Source of the DNA: a virus
Taxonomy: Duplodnaviria; Heunggongvirae; Uroviricota; Caudoviricetes
Virus record (IMG/VR): IMGVR_UViG_3300014691_000062
Length of the DNA stretch: 19,618 bases
Strand: one strand, 5' to 3'
The notes under the pieces are model-generated. The model was not told the DNA's origin and did no database searches. It saw only the letters and a list, made by a program, of their open reading frames with translations. A program made the translations under genes and the position numbers. Below, one piece after another: positions 1 to 7,801 of this stretch (position 1 is its first letter; each line of letters opens with the position of its first letter).

Positions 1-78
1 ATAAATCAGCCAGGCACCATACGCCAGCAAAAGCGCCCCCAGCACGCCCACCAGAGGCGCGAGAATCAGCATGATCAT
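1..78 (-). CDS. Partial ORF, hydrophobic N-terminus of a small protein (runs off the window)
   Basis: ATG at 78 with GAGGT about 5 nt upstream and 12 nt after the TerL stop; translation [26 protein letters not shown] is strongly hydrophobic. Truncated by the window edge. Confidence 0.3.
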
Positions 79-89
79 AATTACCTCAG

Positions 90-1816
90 TTAAAGCGAGC
101 GGATCCCATAGGACTCAATGTGGTCAGACAGCGTGTCTTCTTTCTCGTACAGCATGGCTCTGCCAACCGCCATAATCAGCGCAACTGCACCATCGATTTT
201 GTTTTCCGCCTGCTCTTTGACGGGCTTCACCACATCATCGTTACCCGGAATGGTTTTGCCGACCACGTTGCCGATACACCAGGTCATGATGGGATTGCCG
301 TCATGATGAAAACGTCCCGATTCANNNNNNNNNNNNNNNNNNNNNNNNNNNNNNNNNNNNNNNNNNNNNNNNNNNNNNNNNNNNNNNNNNNNNCATCAGC
401 AAGGTCATGTGACAACCCGGTCGCCCCGAAGGGGTCGATGGGTGACTCACTGACCGGGCTGATTTTGTTCGCCGCTTTGGCCTCCTCGAGGATGTAGCGA
501 TAATCCACTTCCGCACCATCGGTAACGGTCAGAACGCCCATTTCCACCCATTTCTGAAAGCGTTCGGCTGTCCGTCGATCTTCATTTTTCTCGACGCTGT
601 ACACCGTGTCATACGGTACCCAGAAACGCGGGGCCACACTGTAGTAATGCGTTTTACCGTCAATCTCGCGGGTATAAAGTCGCGCCATGCTGTTCATATC
701 CAGCTTACGCGCCAGGTCAAAGGCCAGAATGCACGGCTGCCCCTCGAACTGCTCAAGGGTCAGTGATTTATCCTCGCAGCTCTGCCAGCTCACCAGGTTG
801 AAATACGCCGAACGCGCCGACACCCAGATATTGAGGTGTTTTGTTTTAAAGACGTTTGCCAGACGGGCGTTATTTTTCGCACGCTGCTGCTGACTTAACA
901 AAAATTCGCGATAAACCGACACGCCAATATTTGGATTGGCTTTTTCCAGCACCTGCGGGTCGGTCCAGTCATCGCCTTCGTCAACGGTATAGATGATCCC
1001 GAACAGTTCATCGTTGGGTACCGAACCGTTGAGCATCTCGAGAACTTCCCGCCGCTTGTCGTAGCACGGCCCCTCAATGTTGTACCCGGCGGTGGTGATG
1101 GCCCACATCAGTGGCTGACGTCGCGCCCCCATCCCGGTAAGCATCGTGGTGTAAAGTGCATCGGTGGCATGCTCGTGATATTCATCCACCACCGCACAGT
1201 GGGGTGATGAACCATCACCGGGGTTACCGATCAGCGGCTCAAACCGCGCGCCATCCTCCGGACGGTTCATGTTTGAGGCGTTAACCTCAATCCCGAACGC
1301 TTCCGTCAGCATGGGTGTGCGTTTACACATCAGTCGCGCCGGGCGAAAGACTTCCCACGCCTGTTTCTCTGTCGTGGCACCGGAATACACTTCCGCGCCA
1401 AACTCGTTATCACAGGCAAAACAATACAGGGCGACACCGGCAGAGATTGCCGATTTGCCGTTCTTACGGGGGATTTCGGTATACACCTCCCGGAAGCGGC
1501 GCAGCCGGGTACCTTTATTGACCCAGCCAAACGCACAGCAGATCACAAAGAGCTGCCACGGCTCCAGCGTGATGGGCATCCGTTTGAATGCCCACTCACC
1601 CTTGGTATGCGGCAACAGCTGAATAAATTTGGCGGCCCGTTCAGCCAGGTCCTTGTCGAAGCGGTAACGAAACGACTTACTTTTTTCCGCCATCAGGTCA
1701 TCAAGATGGCGCTGGCAGGCCTGAATCACAAACTGGCAGGCCACAATCTTTCCGCGAACGACATCCCGGGCATACTGATTGGCAGCATTTACGTTGGGGT
1801 AAGATTTCCGGCTCAT
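90..1816 (-). CDS. Terminase large subunit (TerL), interrupted by an N-run
   Basis: 510-aa ORF 284..1816 with terminase-like ATPase/nuclease character; C-terminal continuation is ORF 90..287 (…[13 protein letters not shown]…). N-run 325..393 breaks the frame. ATG overlaps the TerS stop (ATGA). Confidence 0.8.
325..393. other. Run of 69 N (gap or masked sequence) inside TerL
   Basis: Literal n characters in the sequence. Confidence 1.
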
Positions 1817-2307
1817 GATTCGATAATTTTCAGAAACGGGTTAGTGGCTTTCTTCTGCCCCGCCAGGCCAATCAGACGCTGGCGGCTGCTGGGGTCGAGT
1901 CCGAGCATTGCCCCCGTACTGCTCATCTCGGACTCCTGTTCTTTTTTGGCGGTCAGCTCAGGATTTTTGACCATACCGCCCATTGCACCGGTGATGGTGT
2001 TGCCCTGTCTGGCAATATTTTTCACGGCACGTCGCCAGAACTCATAGGCCACACACCACCGCTCAAGCACCGCGAGGTCAGTCACGCACAGCAGGCCCTG
2101 ACCGCAGAGTTCTTTGGTTGTCAGTTGCCACATGATCGTGGCGAGAGGGAGATCTTCTTCAGCGAACCACTCCGGTGGCTCAACACCTTTGATGGGCGTA
2201 AAAACAGGTTCATCTTTATTCAGGGCTCGCTTGCCGGGGTTTCCGGCCAGCGCCTTGCGCGCCGTTGGCTTGGGGCGACGCCCGGAACGCCCCGCCGTTC
2301 CAGCCAT
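1813..2307 (-). CDS. Terminase small subunit (P27-family-like)
   Basis: Basic N-terminus, size and position immediately upstream of TerL with ATGA overlap. Preferred start is the ATG at 2307 with AGGAG 8 nt upstream; the track start at 2316 is a GTG inside that SD. Confidence 0.75.
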   Translation of the reverse strand: MAGTAGRSGRRPKPTARKALAGNPGKRALNKDEPVFTPIKGVEPPEWFAEEDLPLATIMWQLTTKELCGQGLLCVTDLAVLERWCVAYEFWRRAVKNIARQGNTITGAMGGMVKNPELTAKKEQESEMSSTGAMLGLDPSSRQRLIGLAGQKKATNPFLKIIES

Positions 2308-2432
2308 ATGCGGCACTCCTGGTTAAATTTCATTTTTCGCGGGTATAAAAAAACGATGGGGCGGGCAGTCCGGAAGACGTCAGGTCACAGGGATTTGACC
2401 CGCCCCTCCCCTCTGGCAGTGGGAACTGGTTC

Positions 2433-2783
2433 TTACTTCAGCCGTTCACGGGCCGTCTTCGCCTTATGACACGGCCAGCACAAACTCTGCAGATTACTGT
2501 CGACATCAGTGCCGCCATGCGATTTAGGGATGATGTGGTCAACGGTCTTCGCCTCACGCACCACACCAGCACGCAGACATAACTGACACAGGCCTTTGTC
2601 ACGCTTCAGGACACGCGCGCGGATACTGTCCCACTTCGAACCGTAGCCGCGCTGATGACGGGATTGTCCAGGTTTGTATTGCTTCCAGCCTTCGCTTTTG
2701 TGGCTTTCGCAGTAGCCTGAAGGGTCCGTGGTTGTAAAGCGGCAGCCGCGAACACGGCAGGCTTTTGGGGTTCGTGGGGGCAT
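2433..2783 (-). CDS. HNH endonuclease (terminase-associated)
   Basis: 116 aa with Cys-rich zinc motif and HNH-like C-terminus (…VDHIIPKSHGGTDVDSNLQSLCWPCHKAK…); GGAG SD 6 nt upstream; sits just upstream of TerS/TerL as in HK97-like cos phages. Confidence 0.85.
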   Translation of the reverse strand: MPPRTPKACRVRGCRFTTTDPSGYCESHKSEGWKQYKPGQSRHQRGYGSKWDSIRARVLKRDKGLCQLCLRAGVVREAKTVDHIIPKSHGGTDVDSNLQSLCWPCHKAKTARERLK

Positions 2784-3307
2784 ATGTACTCCAATGAAGA
2801 AACCAGCGAAATAGCTGCCTTCATTCGTAGTAAACCTTTTTCATCAACGCAGTAATGGATTCTTTGAAGAGTCGCAATCAATACAACTCACTAATGGAGA
2901 GACTTGTCTCACGCATGAGACAAATTTCCCGTTTGATTTAATGGACACTATAGAGGGACAGAATGCCTTCCTCACTCGAATCACATCAATTAAGGAGGTT
3001 CAACATGTTTCATTCCACAAGTCATCAGGCTGTAATTATGGCAGCATCAGTTTGTGCCACAGACCTTTTCCGCTTCAATTTGAGCCTGATTCATTTCTAC
3101 CTGACCGGCTCGCCTCTATCTTTTTAATCCCCGCTTTATCCAAATTGCATTGCCAGAATGCCGACAACAGACTGACATTCAAATCCTGACTACCTCCAAT
3201 AGTCTGACCGTACACCTATATAGTTTTAATTTTCATCAATCCATTTAACTATCGTTTAATTGTTGTCACATAGGATTCTGCCGTTTTTAACAATGCAGGA
3301 TAATAAG

Positions 3308-3601
3308 ATGAAAAAAATGTTGTTTTCTGCCGCTCTGGCAATGCTTATTACAGGATGTGCTCAACAGACGTTTACTGTTGGAAACAAACCGACAGCAGTA
3401 ACACCAAAGGAAACCATCACCCATCATTTCTTCGTTTCGGGAATTGGACAGCAGAAAACTGTTGATGCAGCCAAAATTTGTGGCGGCGCAGAAAATGTTG
3501 TTAAAACAGAAACCCAGCAAACATTCGTAAATGGATTGCTCGGTTTTATTACTTTAGGCATTTATACTCCGCTGGAAGCGCGGGTGTATTGCTCACAATA
3601 A
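3308..3601 (+). CDS. bor: Bor outer-membrane lipoprotein (serum-resistance lysogenic-conversion protein)
   Basis: 97 aa from the internal ATG (MKKMLFSAALAMLITGCAQQTFTV…EARVYCSQ), near-identical by recall to lambda Bor; lipobox LITGC; opposite strand to and just downstream of Rz, as in lambda and DLP12. Confidence 0.9.
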   Translation: MKKMLFSAALAMLITGCAQQTFTVGNKPTAVTPKETITHHFFVSGIGQQKTVDAAKICGGAENVVKTETQQTFVNGLLGFITLGIYTPLEARVYCSQ

Positions 3602-3611
3602 TTGCATGAGT

Positions 3612-3629
3612 TGCCCATCGATATGGGCA
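3612..3629. terminator. Hairpin between convergent bor and Rz (candidate bidirectional terminator)
   Basis: Inverted repeat tgcccat-cgat-atgggca lying between the two convergent stop codons. Confidence 0.45.
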
Positions 3630-3632
3630 GCT

Positions 3633-4116
3633 CTATCTGCACTGCTCATTAATATACTTCTGGGTTCCTTCCAGTTGTTTTTGCATAGTGATCAGCCTCT
3701 CTCTGAGAGTGAAATAATCCCGTTCAGCGGTGTCTGCCAGTCGGGGGGAGGCTGCATTATCCATGCCGGAGGCGGTGGTGGCTTCACGCACTGACTGACA
3801 GACTGCTTTGATGTGCAACCGACGACGACCAGCGGCAACATCATCACGCAGAGCATCATTTTCAGCTTTCGCATCAGCTAACTCCTTCGTGTATTTTGCA
3901 TCGAGCGCAGCGACATCACGTTGGCGCACCTGCATGTCAGTAATTGCCGCGTTCGCCAGCTTCAGTTCTCTGGCATTTTTNNNNNNNNNNNNNNNNNNNN
4001 NNNNNNNNNNNNNNNNNNNNNNNNNNNNNNNNNNNNNNNNNNNNNNNNNNAGCCAATGACATGCAGACGATGATGCAGATGAGCAGAGCGGAGATAATCG
4101 CGGTTAATCTGCTCAT
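3633..4116 (-). CDS. Rz: Rz i-spanin (inner-membrane spanin subunit), interrupted by an N-run
   Basis: C-terminal part (ORF 3633..3935) matches lambda Rz by recall; N-terminus [18 protein letters not shown] is read from the ATG at 4116, which overlaps the R stop (ATGA). N-run 3981..4050 lies inside, so the length is not a multiple of 3. Confidence 0.85.
3692..3874 (-). CDS. Rz1: Rz1 o-spanin lipoprotein, embedded in Rz in the +1 frame
   Basis: 60 aa [24 protein letters not shown]…[15 protein letters not shown]…, lipobox and proline-rich body as in lambda Rz1. Confidence 0.85.
   Translation of the reverse strand: MRKLKMMLCVMMLPLVVVGCTSKQSVSQCVKPPPPPAWIMQPPPDWQTPLNGIISLSERG
3981..4050. other. 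Run of 70 N (gap or masked sequence) inside Rz
   Basis: Literal n characters in the sequence. Confidence 1.
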
Positions 4117-4589
4117 ACCTCAATCTCTCTGACCGTTCCGCCTGCTTCTTTGAATTTTGCAATCAGGCTGTCAGCCTTATGCTCGAACTGGCCATAACCA
4201 GCGCCCGGCAGTGAAGCCCAGATATTGCTGCAACGGTCGATAGCCTGACGGATATCACCGCGATCAATCATCGGTAAAGCGCCACGCTCCTTAATCTGCT
4301 GCAGTGCAACAGCGTCCTGGTTTTTCGGAGAGAAGTCTTTCAGGCCAAGCTGCTTGCGGTAGGCATCCCACCAACGGGAAAGAAGCTGGTAACGTCCAGC
4401 TGCGGTTGATTTAAGTTGCGGGTTTAGCGTGACAAGTTTGCGAGGATGATCGGAGTAATCCGTGAATAGCTCACCACCTACAATAACGTCGTAGCCGTGA
4501 TTGCGGGTTGGCTGTCGCCCGTTATCCGTTCCTTCTGACCACGCCAACATATCGAGAAAAGCTTTACGCTGGGAATTTAGTACCTGCAT
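4113..4589 (-). CDS. R: Endolysin, lambda R-type lytic transglycosylase
   Basis: 158 aa, near-identical by recall to lambda R (…QRKAFLDMLAWSEGTDNGRQ…TRNHGYDVIVGGELFTDYSDHPRK…). Confidence 0.9.
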   Translation of the reverse strand: MQVLNSQRKAFLDMLAWSEGTDNGRQPTRNHGYDVIVGGELFTDYSDHPRKLVTLNPQLKSTAAGRYQLLSRWWDAYRKQLGLKDFSPKNQDAVALQQIKERGALPMIDRGDIRQAIDRCSNIWASLPGAGYGQFEHKADSLIAKFKEAGGTVREIEV

Positions 4590-4592
4590 AAA

Positions 4593-4919
4593 TTACTCCT
4601 TAGAGCCACCAAACTTGTTACCGATTACTCGCATTGCAGCCCCACGAATAGCATCGACACCGATCAGCCCCACCCCACCACCAATGGCAACAGATAGTGA
4701 TTTAGGCCATCCGACATACTCAAGCGCGGATGCAAATGTCAGCGTCAGAGCGCCACAGAGTAAAATCTCAAGCGTTTTTCGCTTCCAGCCACCACCACCG
4801 CCAAAATAGGCAATGCGCAAGCCAGCCATAACGATCGACATAATCACTGCGCCCAGTGGTGTGTCTCCACGCCACCAGCTCTGGACCAACTCCAGCCAGG
4901 TATTTGGGTTATGAGGCAT
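4593..4919 (-). CDS. Putative holin (not lambda S-like or S21-like)
   Basis: 108 aa directly upstream of the endolysin; two to three hydrophobic segments, Gly-rich stretches and a charged C-terminus; GAGGTGAG SD upstream of the ATG. Assigned on position and topology only. Confidence 0.55.
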   Translation of the reverse strand: MPHNPNTWLELVQSWWRGDTPLGAVIMSIVMAGLRIAYFGGGGGWKRKTLEILLCGALTLTFASALEYVGWPKSLSVAIGGGVGLIGVDAIRGAAMRVIGNKFGGSKE

Positions 4920-5071
4920 TTGTAGTTATCTCTCACCTCGCTGATACAGCAGGTGCAAATTGAGGGAACATCATGTACAGCAAATTAGAAGCGGAAACGT
5001 CAAAGAAGCCGAACCAATGGATAACTGCGGAATAGACCAGGACCAACGAATCCCCAGCCCCAGAAACGACA

Positions 5072-5093
5072 AAACCCGCTCAACGGCGGGTTT
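5072..5093 (-). terminator. Intrinsic terminator-like hairpin upstream of the holin gene (tR'-like position)
   Basis: Stem aaacccgc/gcgggttt (8 bp); on the minus strand it is followed by a T-rich tract (TTTTGTCGTTTCT). Confidence 0.5.
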
Positions 5094-5209
5094 AAGCTGT
5101 GTGGCGAAGTAACCACTCTTAACAGAGTACTGTATTTTTTGCGTACGCATTAGTATTTTTTGAAGTATTATCAACACCAATTGTTCAAAACCATTAAAAG
5201 GATGTTGTT

Positions 5210-6244
5210 ATGACTGCATCAGCGACCCCCACTAATATCACTCATAAGTTTATTGTTCACATTATGAACAAGGAACAACAGGGGTTAGCCACCATTATTC
5301 CTTGTCCTTCAGAAAAACCTGTTCAGCAAGCATCAAAAGACCTCTCTAACGCACTTACTGAAAGGTACTCTGGGAGAGCAGGTAAAGGATATGGGAAATT
5401 TGAAGATGACCGCGATAGTTACCCTATGGGTAATATCGTTGATGATTATTTCGTAAATAAAACACATAGTTTTTATGATACTAGTATCCGAATGATCAAT
5501 CATTTAAAAGCCAGAGCCGATGATGAATCAATGTCTACTGGTGGTTATGTAATAATTGCCCATAATGAGGTAAATGGAAATCATTATTTGATGGTTGCAA
5601 TCCTAACTTCAGCAGTTGGCTCTTCAGTCCACGATTTTGAAATTCAAGAAAGTGAATATCTAGACATTGCTAAACTTCGAGTAGCGGGACGAATTGACTT
5701 AACTGGGCGCCAGAATGGCAAAGAGAGATATATTAGCTTTCTAAAGGGGCAAAATTCAGTAGCAGGTTATTTCAAAAAGTTTTTAGGTTGCAACGATATT
5801 CTAATTGCCAAACAAGAAACAACAAAATTACGGAATGCACTTTTAGAATTTGCTACTGAAAGAGGTTTTGAACCAGAGGCACGTGAAGAGTTCCTAAATA
5901 AGGCTCATGAAAAATTAAAAAATTTAAATCGTTCTGGTGAAACTTTCGACACTCAAATTTTTGCAAACGAGATATGGCCAACTGCTCCTGAGTTGTTAGT
6001 TGAAAAGTTAACCAATGACGATCTGGAGTTCTCTGATGGGTTCGTGCCTGATGGCAACGTTATACGTGGGCTTGTTAGTTTCAAAGGAAAGTCCAAACAT
6101 TGGTCTCTGAAATTCGAGCGTGCGGCCTTGCATGATGGCAGCGTTCTTTATGATTCAGAAAACGATAAATTGATACTTACCGAGATTCCGGATACGCTAA
6201 GATCAGAGATTTTATCAGAATTAGGTGAAGAGGATGAGCAGTAA
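5210..6244 (+). CDS. YejK/NdpA-like (NA37 family) nucleoid-associated-protein homologue, cargo gene
   Basis: 344 aa; AAGGA SD 7 nt upstream of the ATG. By-eye alignment to E. coli YejK along the length ([22 protein letters not shown] / [38 protein letters not shown]…RYISFLKGQ / YLDINHADIVARIDLT…RYLTFLKGR). AT-rich relative to the phage backbone. Confidence 0.75.
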   Translation: [344 protein letters not shown]

Positions 6245-7412
6245 AAATCAGAGAACCTTCAAAGACTTAGTGACTATTTACAAGGCCGCTACATTTGCAG
6301 GTACCCTATCTGAAGCATCACTCATTCTTTCAAACGAGGAGCTCTGTGACATCATCAACGATATCACAGAGAATCCCCATGATTTTGGCATCACCCTTGA
6401 ATCTGGCAACATTGAGTTAGGCCAAACTATAACCTTACATATAACCCCCCCCAAATTACGATTGGGGCAGCTACATTTCTCTTTTAATGAGTATTTAAAA
6501 AATCCTAAAAATAGGATAAAGGAAGCCAGTAACTTCTTTATAATCGAACTTAATTATCACAACAGGGATAAAAAGTCGCCTGCTATTATATCCAAGTACA
6601 GAGATGTTTTGAGCTTAATTACTTTATTCAAAGATTGTTCTGCTTATTTAGATGAAACAAATTTTGAATTGGTATTCGTCGAATCCAACGTACTAAAAAT
6701 TCCAGTAAATTATTCTAGCGATGATCTTATGAATGTTAATGGAGATCTGATTCATAATTTGATCGCAAACTTTGCAGAAGATACGCATAAAGATCAAAAA
6801 CTTACTATTTTAGCAAGTAGTATAAAATCATCATGTGAATCTAAAACTAAAGAAACCTCTTTTTCCTTCATGTTAAGGGATTTAGGACAACTTTATGAAA
6901 GTTATCAAAAAGGATACAAAGTATTCGTTTCTGGTTTTTCTTACGAGAAAATACTAGATCAGTTACGAGTAGCCAAAATAGAAGAGATGGGGAAAATACA
7001 TAAAGTATTCAGTGACATACAAAATCAGATATTAGGTATCCCCGTCGCAACAATTATCGTTGCGACTCAAATGAAGCAGGCTAATGGTTGGGATAGTCAA
7101 GCATTAATAAACACAGCTGTAGTGTTGGGTGCATTGTTCTTCACTATTATGATTATATTTGTTCTATTTAATCAATGGCAAACTTTAACAGCAATAAATG
7201 ATGAGTTAAATCATAAAAAACAACAAGCAGAATATAACTTCAAGGCTATTTACGAAGATATAAAGGATACATTTGATAGTTTAACCACAAGATTGCTTGT
7301 TCAGAAAGTTGTTTTTGCCTCATTAGGAATTATAGTTTTATGTGGCTTATATCTTACATTTAGATTCTACTTTTTACTTACACCTTATGCTATTACATAT
7401 TTATTTAGCTGA
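6234..7412 (+). CDS. Membrane protein with a large N-terminal soluble domain and two C-terminal transmembrane helices, cargo gene
   Basis: ORF 6225..7412 (GTG); preferred ATG at 6234 with AGGTGA SD, overlapping the upstream stop by 11 nt. Hydrophobic helices ALINTAVVLGALFFTIMIIFVLF and VVFASLGIIVLCGLYLTFRFYFLL. Very AT-rich. No family recognised. Confidence 0.75.
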   Translation: MSSKNQRTFKDLVTIYKAATFAGTLSEASLILSNEELCDIINDITENPHDFGITLESGNIELGQTITLHITPPKLRLGQLHFSFNEYLKNPKNRIKEASNFFIIELNYHNRDKKSPAIISKYRDVLSLITLFKDCSAYLDETNFELVFVESNVLKIPVNYSSDDLMNVNGDLIHNLIANFAEDTHKDQKLTILASSIKSSCESKTKETSFSFMLRDLGQLYESYQKGYKVFVSGFSYEKILDQLRVAKIEEMGKIHKVFSDIQNQILGIPVATIIVATQMKQANGWDSQALINTAVVLGALFFTIMIIFVLFNQWQTLTAINDELNHKKQQAEYNFKAIYEDIKDTFDSLTTRLLVQKVVFASLGIIVLCGLYLTFRFYFLLTPYAITYLFS

Positions 7413-7429
7413 CGGCCAATATGGCCGTC
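7411..7429. terminator. Perfect hairpin between convergent Q and the cargo cassette (candidate bidirectional terminator)
   Basis: gacggcc-aatat-ggccgtc, 7-bp GC-rich stem, in the 24-bp gap between the two convergent stop codons. Confidence 0.55.
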
Positions 7430-7436
7430 TAATAAA

Positions 7437-7784
7437 TTACCCATGTATTATATATATAACTGCATCAATAAATCCCAATGCAGCTTGCAACTTTTTTCTT
7501 ATAGTCCCATCAGAGCATTTTCTCTTCTTCGCAATAGTGCGTAATGAGATACCGATAACATAGTGAGCAATGATTAGCTCATATTCTTCAGGCCTATATT
7601 TACGCAACCGAGCCACACAACTGTCTATCATAATGCCTTCGTCATCATCACACTGAATCCGGGACTTTTTGCCATGAGGTAAAAGTCCCTTGAAGCCAGC
7701 GGCTACCGGTTGCCAGTCCACTCCGCTATTGTCTGAAGCAGCCCAAGCTCCCCAACGATCCATTACTTCATACATATCACGCAT
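7437..7784 (-). CDS. Late-gene antiterminator Q (QuuD / phage-82 type)
   Basis: 115 aa from the ATG at 7784 (track start 7799 is TTG); GGAGAAAG SD. Matches DLP12 QuuD by recall (MRD…RWGAWAA…AAGFKGL…KSR.QC.DDD…CSDG.I.K.LQ). Confidence 0.8.
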   Translation of the reverse strand: MRDMYEVMDRWGAWAASDNSGVDWQPVAAGFKGLLPHGKKSRIQCDDDEGIMIDSCVARLRKYRPEEYELIIAHYVIGISLRTIAKKRKCSDGTIRKKLQAALGFIDAVIYIIHG

Positions 7785-7801
7785 CAACTTTCTCCACAAA
7801 A

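Noticed and set aside
120-519. ORFs 120..497 (+) and 322..519 (-) containing runs of X
   Set aside because: Reading frames carried through the N-run; they are antisense to or out of frame with TerL and have no independent support.
687-2047. Short ORFs overlapping TerL (687..893 +, 895..1077 -, 1269..1622 +, 1315..1521 +, 1330..1536 -, 1607..2047 +)
   Set aside because: Embedded in or antisense to a long well-supported terminase ORF; low-complexity translations.
2114-2881. ORFs 2114..2326 (+), 2125..2469 (+) and 2606..2881 (-) around TerS and HNH
   Set aside because: Antisense to or alternate frames of the TerS and HNH genes; no SD; R/G/P-rich composition.
2941-3189. 82-aa ORF (+) in the HNH-to-bor intergenic region
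   Set aside because: No SD or convincing start, Cys/Phe-rich odd composition, and the region is better explained as regulatory or cos DNA. Rejected with low confidence.
3287-3794. ORF 3287..3520 (-) antisense to bor and ORF 3606..3794 (+) antisense to Rz/Rz1
   Set aside because: Overlap strongly supported genes on the other strand; low-complexity translations.
3944-4162. ORFs 3944..4132 (+) and 3962..4162 (-) spanning the second N-run
   Set aside because: Frames carried across unknown sequence; the real gene here is Rz, read from the ATG at 4116.
4501-5180. ORF 4501..4809 (+) antisense to R and the holin, and ORF 4971..5180 (-) upstream of the holin
   Set aside because: The first is antisense to confident lysis genes; the second covers the terminator hairpin and promoter-like region and lacks SD support.
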